Below, in pieces: positions 35,135 to 48,418 of a stretch of DNA of 64,000 nt. Within the stretch, counting starts at the first letter, position 1. The number at the start of each line of letters is the position of its first letter. The DNA lies in assembly GCA_008632985.1 (NCBI GenBank), contig QPGO01000038.1, positions 335,939-399,938 on the forward strand, given 5' to 3'. The notes under the pieces were generated by a model. That model saw only the letters and a program-made list of their open reading frames with translations. It made no database searches and was not told the origin of the DNA. The position numbers were made by a program, and so were the translations under genes. This stretch comes from Psammoneis japonica. Taxonomy: Eukaryota.

Positions 35135-38095
35135 CTAATCCGAATCATCAGAATCGTCAGAGTCAGAATCATCGGATGGCATTTTGTCGCCACTGCCGTC
35201 ATCCGAATCATCGTCGTCGCTGCTGTCGTCTGAATCCGATGCAGCTGCGGCCGCAGCCTCCTTGGCTTGTTTCTTGTTGTACGCTTCCATCTCTTCTTTG
35301 TATCGCACTTTGTCGGCCTCTGCTTTCTTCTCGTACTTTTCCATCTCCTCCGGCGTTAGATTCTTGTACATTTCGCCAATGCGTTTCCCCTAAAATGAGA
35401 AACAGCGAATGTGAAAGAACGGACACAAGAGTTAGTAGTATCAAACATCATCCCAACCTACACTCTCTAGCTACGTTCAAGCTTACCATTTCGCCAAATT
35501 TCATATCGGGGTTGTCCTCTTTGAGCTTGGGACGCATGGCGCTGGAGAAGTACATGAATGCCGTGAGAGCACGCTTGGGGGCATTGGGATCCTTTTTCGC
35601 CTTTTTCTTTGTGCCACTGGTCTGCTTGGCGGAGGCAGCCGAGGACGCTGGCGGAGCGTAACCCGCCATTTCGCGCTGATAACGAGATTTGTCCTTGGTG
35701 GCCATGTCATCCCATTTGGTCTTGTCATCCGCTGAGAGTTTCTTGAACTCGGCACCAACCAGTTTGGCCTACAAAAATGGAACAGGATAGTTGGTTGATG
35801 AATGCGTGAGTCAGCAAGATTCGATACAGAACAGCCTATGACGAAACAAAAACAACCAACATTACAATGTCCAACTCACCAATTCTCCAAAGGTAGCCTC
35901 GGGATTCTCCTTCTTGATGCGCTCCCGTTCTTGCGCCATGAAAAAGGTATAGGCCGACCGTGCCTTTTTGGGCGCGTTGGGGTCCTTCTTTTTCGTCTGC
36001 TTCTTCTTCTTATTGTCATCGTCGTCCGAATCACTACTGTCGTCGCTATCGCTGTCGCTGCTGCTAGACTCCGGCGCTGAATAGTTTGCCATTTCCTCCT
36101 TGTACCGTTTCTTATCCGCTTCGGCCTTTTCGTCCCACTCTTTACGGTCCTCGTCGGATAATTCCTTAAAGGCTGCCGCCACGAGCCTGGCTACGTCTCC
36201 AAAGGATGCGTCTGGATTCGCCTCCTTGATTTGTGAGCGCTTGGCGTTGCTGAAGAGCATGTACGACGACATGGCACGCTTGGGTGCGTTGGGGTCCTTC
36301 TTCTTTTCTTTGTCTTCTTCTTCTTTGGAGAAGCAACAGCCGCAGGCTTGGGTTTTTTGCTCTTCTTCTTCTTGGGGGGCTCGTCACTGGCGGGGCGTTT
36401 CTTCTTTCCAGCAGCCTTGCGGGCATCTTCCATGACGGAATCATCATCGTCATCGACATCCGCCAAATCATCATCGTCCATGTCACTGTCGTCTTCCGAA
36501 GACGACTCGTCCGCCTTGGCGGCGGCTTCGTTGTAATCCTCGTCTTCCGACGACTCGCCACTCTCCCCGCCCTCATCCAGGTACATGGGTTGATTGGCCG
36601 GTGAACCGGCAGAAGCGGCGGCAGCGTCCACCATGTCTTGTTGCAAATTCTTGATGCGAATCTTCTTTCCCGACAAAAAGTTATACAATCCGGCATAGTC
36701 GGAACGATCAATACCCGAGAAAATGTATTCCTTTTGCGCACCACTGGCGGTACTGGACGAGTTGAGCGTGACGCACAAGTCAAAGTTACGCGTCGACCCT
36801 TGTCCACCGGCATAGCGTTGAAACTCCACCGACTCGACGTGTTCAAAACGGATTAGGACGGGCGGCTTGTGAATAAAGATGAACTGCTTTTCGAGCGGGT
36901 ACAAGTGTCCCTCATTCGCCCGGAGTGCACACTTGACACATTGTTGTTGATGGGCATTGGCAAATTTGCCCGGAATAAAGACTTTCTTGCGGCAAATCAC
37001 CTTGAAGGTCTTGGCGATAAGGTTGGAGAGCGATCCCACCATGGTCTGTTGCAAATCTCCATTGTAATCCTGTTTCAGCTGTTCGTCTGTGAGATTGACC
37101 GTGACGGACGACTGCTCCTTTGTTGTTTGCAATACCAAGTTTTGATAACGTTGTTGTCCCTGACGAATGGGCTTGTCAAGCGCAATGACAAAAGCCACGT
37201 GTACATCGTCCGGTTTGGGTAGTAGGAACAGACGAGAAATATCGTCGTATTTGATTTTGTAGTCGTACTTATTTCCACGCATTCGCAAGAAATCTTCATA
37301 GAGTTCAATCGCATAACGCCCACGCGGCGTCAAGAAGGTTCCCTGTGATTCTTCAAACTCCACCAAGACATCTCCCGTCGTCTTCTTGATGTTGGCCAGT
37401 TTGGTGATTTGTTCTTGAAAGACTTCGGCCTCGGACGGCGTCGTCTTGTCTTGAGGATCGGCATCGGGTGCGGGTGGAACGTAGAAACGAATCGCCACGA
37501 GCTGATCTGTACCGGCTTCGAGCGTGTCGGATTCGGGGAACTGCAACTCAATTTCGTTGCGATTGTTTCCCGGTAGCACGCACTGACTGACTTGCTGTAA
37601 ATCAAACGAAAAGAGTTCTGCGCCGTTGCGCGTTTCAAATTCTTGTCCTTCCTCTTCTGCGTCTTCTAGAATACACTGAGAAAACACCAACTGATGACCT
37701 TTTACGTGAGAATTACCAAACGACGTGCCCGACGTACTCATGGAGTGTTTGACCAAGTCGACTCCATAATAATCATACATGATCTTCTTGATGTTATCAA
37801 ATTCCTGAGGAGGAAATCCATCCAACCGTAATTCACGAAGACTCTTATGCTGAGACAGTTGAATTCGTAAGTGCCCGTTGCGACCAAAGACGGTCCACTG
37901 AGCACCCGCAATGTGCTTTTTGCTCACGCTGCGCTCGGTATTTTCGACACCCACGTCATCTCCAAAGCCTGATTTCCACTGAATGCCCTTGGGAGACGCT
38001 GTAAAGGTACCTACTGAATGACCGTGTAAGCCAATATGCTTCCACAAGATGGGTTTGGCGGCAGGTGCGGCAGAAGTGGGGGATTCGTCCGCCAT
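35135..38095 (-). CDS. SSRP1: FACT complex subunit SSRP1 with three HMG boxes (introns 35769-35879, 35390-35486; apparent 1-nt frameshift at about 36305)
   Basis: LTPRGRY, GNKYDYKIKY, LDKPIRQGQQRY, ANEGHLYPLEK.FIFIHKPP; acidic tract; three KDPNAPK-led HMG boxes. Confidence 0.93.
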
Positions 38096-38163
38096 GGTGT
38101 TGTTGCTGCTGTTTGCGGTGTTTTGTGTTTTACTCTCTCTGAATTGAGAGGTTGAATCTTCGT

Positions 38164-38177
38164 CGTAGAATTCTACG
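38164..38177. promoter_or_regulatory. Palindrome CGTAGAATTCTACG upstream of SSRP1
   Basis: Perfect 14-bp palindrome about 70 bp upstream of the ATG; the same palindrome is in MITE family 1; function is inferred only. Confidence 0.4.
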
Positions 38178-38759
38178 TCATTGCAGTACGGAAGCGCAAG
38201 ATCGCTGCTCTGAGACACGCGCCAAAATAGAGAGCGGGACGCATGACGGACAGTCTTTCTCGTCCGACCTGCGTCACGCGCAACAGATTTTGTGCTGCAT
38301 TGTGCGAAGCATTTGTTTCTTGCAGTGAGCGATGAGGCCATGGCTTTGCGCCGCTTCACGACAAAAAAGGCTTCCTTTTGCAATGGCTGCCTGAAATCTT
38401 CAGGGAGAGTCATCAAAAGTTGTGATCTTGACACACAAGAAGGAGGAGCATTCTCTTCTCAGCAGCGCCGGCAGCCAGCACAGATCAGGTCATTGGGCCA
38501 AGGCAGCTCAGCACTCCCCTGCAGTTGTGCAAACCAGTGTGCAGACTCCAGCATCAAGCTGGACCAAGCATTGGACAGCAAGACAACTCTGGCCCCACTT
38601 GTGTGTGGCTGCAGAGCGACACATGGGGTTTGGGCTGAGTGAAAGGAGAGAGAGAGCGCTGATCGTCAGAGGTCAGTTGCCTCTCAAACAGCCAAGTCAA
38701 CAGTGTCAATTGGCACCCTGATTTTCATTTTCGTCTTCATCTTGGCAGGTGTCTGATGC

Positions 38760-39450
38760 AAATTAGAATTCAGAATCCATGAAAGTGCACATCCACCATG
38801 GAATTCTGGAGCAGCGGTGACTTTTCCACAGGTGCGCCCGACTCCCTCACACACGAGAAGCTCCTCTGCGGCTCTCAAGGACTGTTTTCCCATTTTTCTT
38901 GTTGCTTGAGCCAGCCTCCAAAGATGAATGTCAAAAAAGGTGCCATGACACAGAGAAACGTGTTGAAGATTGTGCGCACGGTGCTTCGAGCATGTGGGTG
39001 TGCATCATTGAGGCCATGCTGCTGTTCAAAACAATGATCAGATGCCGCTGCATTTGTGAAGAGAACCACCATCCACAATCCAAATGTCATGAGCCACCAC
39101 ACTTTCCACTTTTTGGGTGGTGTTGGAGAAACAGTTTGGCCCTGTTGGGTGCATGTGTCCATGAAAACGTCAGGAAGATGTCGGTGTTTTTGGAGTTGCA
39201 TTGTGCTGGGCATCACAAGGAGTGGCTCCAGTTGTTGCATGAGATGAGCTCTGAAAGGAGATGCCACATAAAGATTGAGCATGTCAATCAACTTGAAAGT
39301 TAAACAAGGCACACACAGGTCAACGTTTTTGGGAGATTGGATCCCTGTTGAAGCAACAAACCTCTGTTCAAAATGAGGGCTGATCTTTCTCTGCATGAGG
39401 ATGTCCTGAACATGACTCTACAACACGGTGGTGTTGCTTCTTCAGCCACA
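38760..39450 (-). pseudogene. ABM-like (antibiotic biosynthesis monooxygenase-associated) membrane protein pseudogene
   Basis: PPKKWKVWWLMTFGLW...VMAPFLTFIFGGWL resembles the PPxWK...W and P.l..lf..WL pattern of this family. Confidence 0.5.
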
Positions 39451-40829
39451 TTTTTTTCTGCTGCTGTGCATGATTTTCATTTGGTGAGAGCAAAGTCAGC
39501 AGCAAGAGCAGTTGGCTGGTCTATTGGCAATTGTTGAAGGAGAGATGTTGCTCCATGTTGGCTTCATCATCCCAGTGTGGGGCATGCTGCTTCTTTCAGA
39601 ACTTGAGGATGGCAATTTTTTTGAATGGCTGAAGAAACAAGAGGGTGTGGCTCATCTTCTGCCTGCAAAAGATTTGCCCTTGCTGAAAAAACATGTTTGG
39701 ATTGAAAACGAGACTGAGCAGACAAGATCACTCTCGATCAAGTGCTGCAGCACAAGGCCAGAACAAAGGCACACAAGTCTGAAATCAATGTGCAGCAGCA
39801 CGCCATTGCCACCGAGTTTGTTGATCAAGAAGTGGAACAGCAAGAGGTTCACATGCTCTCGCCGCCAAAGACTCGAAGTGGCGCTGTCACACAACTGCAG
39901 AAACTGTCTTTCAAACGGATCGAATTTGGTGGGGTGCCACCATGTGTCTGGTTCCTGCAGTGTTGCTGTTGGGTTTCACACCGGCATTTCGACGGGAAAC
40001 CCTCGGCTACAAGCAAAACGCTAAATGAGTTGCATCCACTGGAGTTGCTTGTGATTATGAAAACGTCATTGCAACCACAATTTTTGCATCTGAGTTGAAT
40101 GTCCCACTCCTCCAATGGCTTTTAGAGTTGATGGGAATTTGCTCTTGTCGGGAGCGACGACAGTTGCTTCTATCGGCATGAGTTGCATTTGGAGAGCCTG
40201 TGATTGTACGCTCGGCACTGAAGGCAGGCCCCATCACGATGCGACGTCACCATCAAAACTCCTGTGCAGGCAGAGACGGGCACCAATCGCCAGGCAAGGA
40301 CCATCTGCAGTCTGCATGTAGTTTGTCAGTTTCTACAGTTGCCGATCAATTTTTTGGCTGTGGTCTCTGATCCTCATGGTGGTCTGACCTTTTCAAGAAG
40401 TTCATCAGTCATCATGTCACAAGATCAGGCGACTTGCAATTCTTTTGAAATTGAGAGGCCTTGCCTCCATCCACTGGCATGAAGTTCCAGGATGCAAAAG
40501 GCATTGATTTCTTCTCCTGGTGGGCCCTGGCAACTGCAGCAAAAAATCTGCCAATGACCACTGTGACATGGTTTGCAGAGTTTGCTTCTTGGAAAAAATC
40601 AAATCAACTGTCCCACATTGATTCATTGTGTGCATCAACAAGCTCTCAACACTGCCGTTGAAGACATGATGCCAAACCCATGCTGGTCCCTGAATCTGCC
40701 AAGTTTCTCCAATGTGCCGACTTGAGTGCAGCAATTTCCTCCACCTCAAGCCTCACCCAGCTGGAAAAAACAAACAAAGTCACAGACTGATGTCATGGGG
40801 CACAGTCATTTTGGCACACGCTTTTTGAC

Positions 40830-41900
40830 TTTCTCAAGAACACCCTGAAAAGGGCTGTTCAACAAGATGTCCAATCTCCTCAATCCCAAAAAGACACTGA
40901 CAAAGAACAGCAACAACAGGAGCTGTCAACTGGCATGAAGCACCCACCACAGCAAGTGGAAGAGTCACAGAGCAAATTGTCAAGAAGCGCAAAGCATGCC
41001 TTGAATGGCTCCACAAGAGGCATGGGTGTGTGGGAGATCTTTTCACATGGCTTGGTTCACATGACTTGGGACATGACACAAGGGTGCAGACCTCCCAGTG
41101 AGACAAATCACATGGAGGTGCAAACTCTCAGCATTTTCCATTGCACCCATCTCTTTCAGAGATTTCATTGATCATTTCCTGCACCACAGTGGGAAGGCTT
41201 GCTTGGTGGGAAGATGGAAGCTGTTGCAGGCAAGGATCTCTTGTTGCCCAAATGGATCTGTCCCCTGATGACCATGGCTGTAGCACAATTTGTGCTGTTG
41301 GTGAAGTGGCTGGTTCCAGACCAGCCCACTGGCCTTGTTGCTCAATCAGAGTGTCATGCAGCGGCCCTCTGAGTGCCACATCATCTCACATTGCAGCTGT
41401 GTTGGGCAAGAAGGGCAAACCTTTAACACAGGGTGGGCACTTCCAGGCTGCACATGAAGAAGGACGCAGAGGAATTGATGACATGCTTGGACTTGTGTTG
41501 TGTGTGACAGCAATTGAAGCTCTTCTTGCCATGGATGTGCAGATTCTAGCAGCAGAGAACGCAGCAGGCAGCACTGACTTTTGACCCACCATCAATGCAT
41601 TGACACCCACATCTCTGGTGGCAAAACCACAGAGGTTGTCTGCACCAACGCAGAGCAGGTGTGATTGATTTTGGGCCATGCCATGGAGCTGGCAAGCTGC
41701 AAACCCTGGCTTGATTGTTGGCTGTGCAGCCTTCTTGTCAGGAATCGCACGAGGGGCGATGGGAGCCAAAGCTGTTCCTTTCTTTGCCAACAAGCCAAAG
41801 CCAGCAAACCAACTCACCAGTGCAGTGATTGAGACTAGAGATCCAATGCATCAGCTGCCACTGTGGCACAAACACCACCAGCAGCTGCTGGCCAGCAGCA
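40830..41900 (-). pseudogene. Bestrophin-like (UPF0187/VCCN) anion channel pseudogene
   Basis: SRHALRFLTI..VTLPLAVV...TAPVVAV...LFGIEEIGHLVEQPF; upstream boundary approximate. Confidence 0.8.
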
Positions 41901-42404
41901 AACAAAGCAGCAGATTTGCGTGCAGGAGCAGCATGATGACCACGGGGCAGCACAGACACAGCAGAGCTCCATTTGTGGCAATTTGTTGGAAATGAGGTCA
42001 GCAATTCACAACAGCAGCTTTCTTGGTTTCACAACACGGGGCGTTGGCAAAGCTCGAGGGCTGTTGCTCACGCCACATTTGAGTTTCTTTGGGGAGGGAG
42101 TTGGTGGCAGCGCACACTGGCTGAACCAGCTTGTTTCAATCTGTGTCGCTGCTGCCCTCTACAAGTCATCATTCTTAAATTCCAGCTTGTCGGCAGCCAA
42201 GTCCGATCTTGCAAGCGGAGCAAAGAATCATCAAACAAGATCCGCGTGGTCCTTCGCATGAGCACACGTGATCTTCGTCGAAAGGACCGCACATGTGCGC
42301 ACTTTGGCTGACACTTCAACTTGACACCCCCCCAAAAAAGATTTCAAGACAGATGTAGATCTCGCCTGCGCAACAAACGCACTCAAACGACGGATGCATG
42401 CACG

Positions 42405-44655
<2,251 letters not shown>

Positions 44656-44847
44656 CAAGGCACTCTAGAGCTAGCTTTGAACCAACGATCATATCCCAAA
44701 CTGTGATCGCTAAATGCTCCTTTGAGAGAGAACGGGCGGAGGTCTATCACATGCGTTGTTAAATTAAAATGCGTTTGCGTGTATTGAATATAGTGGTACT
44801 CTAGATATTACGATGGTCTATAGTAGATTGGTCACGATATCATCCCT

Positions 44848-46974
44848 CTAATTCATTCCCTTTCGATTCCGTTCTTCAATTTCATCCACAAAAGACAATT
44901 CCCAAAATCCCTCGGGGGTCGACGGCGGCGTATGCCGGGCACGATGCCTCGAGCATTCCATCAAGGAACTACGATCAAAGACATGACCGCCGGGAGCGTT
45001 GCACAAGGCATTGACAAAGGCTTGACATTCGGCGCACGTGTGACCCGGCAGTGCACGACGCTCCTCACGGGAACGAACCACCTCTTGATAGCGATAGTCC
45101 GGCTCATCGTCGTCTTGAGGAGATAGTGTTTGTGTTTCTACAATAACGGGGGACTCTGCGGGTTGCCTATTTGGAACATCGAGCGGCGGCTTGTCCTTGC
45201 CCATACGTTTCGGGGTCGACTCCTTGTTGCATTTTGATACAGCCGCTTTTGGAAGAAACGATTCGGTACTACTCGCCGGCGAGGCAGGTTCGGATGCTCC
45301 ACCCAAGATTTGATCCCGAAAGCTGTTTGCCAATCGAAGAGTCTTGGGCAATAACGAGCTCGACGCGGTTTCTTGTTGTGGTTTGTCGTTGCTTTTTGTA
45401 GGAGTCTTGTCACTTTGTTTGGTGTTTGAGAACATTTTTGGCAATTTAGCTTGAACAGATTTGCTTCGCTTGGCACTCGAGACTCGTGGGACCGCACTGT
45501 TGTTGGAGTCGTCCGAGGCTGCTGGTGTTTTTCGTACCTCGTTGCGTTGGGGACTAGAGACTTTGGTAGCTGATGCATTGTCCGAATCGTCAGAGTCTAT
45601 TGGCGGCTTTCGTACAATGATCTTTGGTCGTTTCTTCGGTGGGGGTGCCATTGGATGTTCCGTTACGGGAGTTGGAAACGAAACGTCCAATGGAATTCCG
45701 TTTCTGGGGGTCTCAAACGCCTTCGTATTCTTAGAGACGACTGGTCGTTTTGCACTTCTCGTATTCTTGTTGTCGGTATGACTCTTGGGCGACTCACTTG
45801 AGGAAGATTCACGAGAGGTACGCTGACGATTCGGGCCCAATGTTGTATTATCGGAAGTTCCACGCATTGGCGACTTCAACTCGTCCCCATCATGATTCTC
45901 CTTTTCCTCTTCGACGGGGCGTTTCGAGGAGTTGTTTCTCTTTTCGCTCGCAGCAACATTGTTGTCTAGCGGTTGGAGCGCTTTTCTGGGAGTCTCGCGA
46001 CGCAACCGCGGTGACGGGATAATCTTGGCGGTAGTAGTGGTGGTGGGTGGCTCAGGATGAGTTATTGCTGGTTGCACAACGGTCGGTATGGTTTCTGCTA
46101 TAGAAACTCCACGCTCTAGCCATTTCTGTAACTGTTGCTTGTGTCGATTCGATTGCTCTTGCCACGACCCACACTGCTCTTGGAGTGCCTTGTTTTCCTT
46201 TTGCAAGGTCGACAGGGACGTTTCGAGACGTAAATTTTTGGCTCGCAACGATGCATTCTCGTCTCGACTTGCTTGAAGAGCCGACTGCGCGGATTTCAAT
46301 TCTTGTTGCAATTCTGCCAACAAATCCTTCTTGTTATTGTCCTCCCTACTCAGCAGTGACACAGACTCCTCCTCGTCAAAATCATCATTACTCAAGGGTG
46401 ATAGCACATTATTTTTGTTGTTGTTTTGCGTATTCAAAAGTGACTGCGATAACTCCTCATTCTCATCGTCCTGGCGAGATGAGTTCGCCTCTAGATTTGA
46501 ATCATTGACGAGCATGGAGCGAGCTTCTGGCGTACTGTTGCCAGTGACGGGATTTTTTGAGGCGGTTTCTTTGTGAGGCAACGTCTCTGCAGTATTGGTA
46601 TGCTTTTCTCGTGGAACTGATTTTACTTTCTCGGTATCATGTTGCTTGGAACGGGCCGCTTCTGGCATATGTATGGTGTGAAGTGGCAGAGTCTCAACGT
46701 GCTGTTGCATATGATCGCTATGGGATTCTGGTGCAAGTCTACTGTTGTGCGTGACGGTAATATTTGTTGGGGCGGTATGGCGTTTGTTGTGAGACAGCGT
46801 TTGCTGTTGATCGGCGGCATGCTTTTCTGCTGGGGCGGCATCAAGTTTCGTGTCTGCTTTTGTTGTGACGCTATTGTTGTTGTTGTTGTTGCTGGAGGAG
46901 GATCGCTTTCGCTTGCGACGCTTTCGTCGTCGTGCAGACGGCATCTGATCCCACAAGGAACCGTTTAAACCCAT
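44848..46974 (-). CDS. CtIP/Sae2/Ctp1-like DNA end-resection protein
   Basis: C-terminal EVVR..EERRALPGHTCAEC...CSRHR...PPSTPEGFWELSF (CxxC plus RHR); central coiled coil. Confidence 0.88.
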   Translation of the reverse strand: MGLNGSLWDQMPSARRRKRRKRKRSSSSNNNNNNSVTTKADTKLDAAPAEKHAADQQQTLSHNKRHTAPTNITVTHNSRLAPESHSDHMQQHVETLPLHTIHMPEAARSKQHDTEKVKSVPREKHTNTAETLPHKETASKNPVTGNSTPEARSMLVNDSNLEANSSRQDDENEELSQSLLNTQNNNKNNVLSPLSNDDFDEEESVSLLSREDNNKKDLLAELQQELKSAQSALQASRDENASLRAKNLRLETSLSTLQKENKALQEQCGSWQEQSNRHKQQLQKWLERGVSIAETIPTVVQPAITHPEPPTTTTTAKIIPSPRLRRETPRKALQPLDNNVAASEKRNNSSKRPVEEEKENHDGDELKSPMRGTSDNTTLGPNRQRTSRESSSSESPKSHTDNKNTRSAKRPVVSKNTKAFETPRNGIPLDVSFPTPVTEHPMAPPPKKRPKIIVRKPPIDSDDSDNASATKVSSPQRNEVRKTPAASDDSNNSAVPRVSSAKRSKSVQAKLPKMFSNTKQSDKTPTKSNDKPQQETASSSLLPKTLRLANSFRDQILGGASEPASPASSTESFLPKAAVSKCNKESTPKRMGKDKPPLDVPNRQPAESPVIVETQTLSPQDDDEPDYRYQEVVRSREERRALPGHTCAECQAFVNALCNAPGGHVFDRSSLMECSRHRARHTPPSTPEGFWELSFVDEIEERNRKGMN

Positions 46975-47072
46975 TGCGTCGTGAGAGTTAGACGACGCTG
47001 TTGTCGCTCATTCTCATGGTGCTGTTGTTGTTGTTGTTGTTATTGTGATCGTGTGTGGAGCGCGCCGGATTG

Positions 47073-47164
47073 TCTACGGGTATTTCTACGTGAAATCAAT
47101 ACCTGGAGTTTGAATTAGTGACTCAGTAGACATTCTACGCAATTCTACGTACGACACTTCTACG
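47073..47164. promoter_or_regulatory. Cluster of TTCTACG motifs in a divergent intergenic region
   Basis: TTCTACG at 47084, 47133, 47143 and 47158, plus TCTACG at 47073. Confidence 0.45.
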
Positions 47165-47272
47165 TTCGCACCGATAGCGCACCACCCCCCGCTTCGTGTT
47201 ACCGGTAGTGTTGCGCTCTCACAATTCACAATCGCAACAACATCAACAGCTCAAAGCAGCAAAGTACTAACC

Positions 47273-48100
47273 ATGAAGACAAACAGCGTTCTCTATTCGG
47301 TTCCTCTCACCACTACGCAGACAACGTCTCAGCAAAAGGAGGATATTGTCGAAAAGCTCCATGGCGTTTTGGCCAATCTCCGTCGCAACCGCGATGAAGA
47401 ACACCGCAAAAAACAACTCGCCGCGGAACGTCTATCCTTGATTCAACAAGAACGAGAGGCTATGGAAAAGAATGTACATTCGATTCAACAAGCTCTACTA
47501 AAGCTACAGCAGCAATCCAATCCCAACGAGATTGCAGAGCTGCAAGCCCGTGTGGAACGGCTTTCGCAAGAGGTGCGTGCGTAGAATTAGTACTTGTTTC
47601 TACGTGGGATACCGTGAGAGAAGCTTCCATCTCGTCACTTTGATTGTATCGATATACTACTAACCACGTCATCTTCATTCGTCACTATTCAGGTCCAATT
47701 CCAACACAATGAGCTTTTGGGAAAACGCGACAAGGTTTCCCGCCTCAGAGCGACCGCAGCTCAAGACGCCAAGCAACGTGAAGCCACCTTGGTTTCGGCT
47801 CGTCATGCCCTGCAAGTTCGTCGTGGCCGCAAGATTGTAGCGGTGCCGACACCACGAGAGCAAAACATGGATGCCATGAAAGCGCTACTTTTAGCGGATG
47901 ACAACGATCATTGGCACAAATGGCCCAAGGTGATTGAACAACAAGCCATTGCTCTTTCCATGGAGGCGGCCGATGTACACCGCCAGTGCGAAACGATCTC
48001 GAGGCGCATTGCGGGATACAAAAAGCATCTTGGAATCATCACGTCGTCAAGCGAGGAGGAATCTGTTCCAATGGAGGAACAAGAGGCTCTTGAGAATTAG
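47273..48100 (+). CDS. Hypothetical coiled-coil protein (exons 47273-47572, 47693-48100)
   Basis: Two ORFs joined in frame by a GT-AG intron. Confidence 0.75.
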
Positions 48101-48418
48101 AGAGAAATTGGATTCCATGTACTTGTACTTGTCCGAGCCTATTTTTGTACTCTTGTCGATTCATTCCACGAGCGAGTGTATTTCCGAGTCCCTCGACAAG
48201 CTTGCACCAAGCAAAACCGCAGAGAAGGGGCCTTCCTTGAAGAACGTGTCAAGCGAGAACTATATACACATCTGATTGGATTGACCCATCCAGTCACCTT
48301 GTACTTCTTGCTGTTGTAGACACGTGTGTATTTTACTAGCAGTAGAGATTGGCTTCTATTCGCAGTACCGTAGCTCTTGCCTATGTCTCCCTATTTTGCT
48401 ATTCCTTCTTCGAGGAGC

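Larger units (their letters stand above)
38290..42330. other. TpA-depleted hypermutated block D
   Basis: TA nearly absent between the divergent SSRP1 and KatG starts. Confidence 0.9.

Noticed and set aside
36290..36330. Programmed ribosomal frameshift in SSRP1
   Set aside because: A similar single-A loss occurs in the cyclin gene, so homopolymer assembly error is simpler; no stimulatory structure was seen.
38096..38434. N-terminal extension of the 747-aa SSRP1 ORF
   Set aside because: It runs into stop-poor converted DNA; the likely start is the Met at 38095, just before the SSRP1-like sequence.
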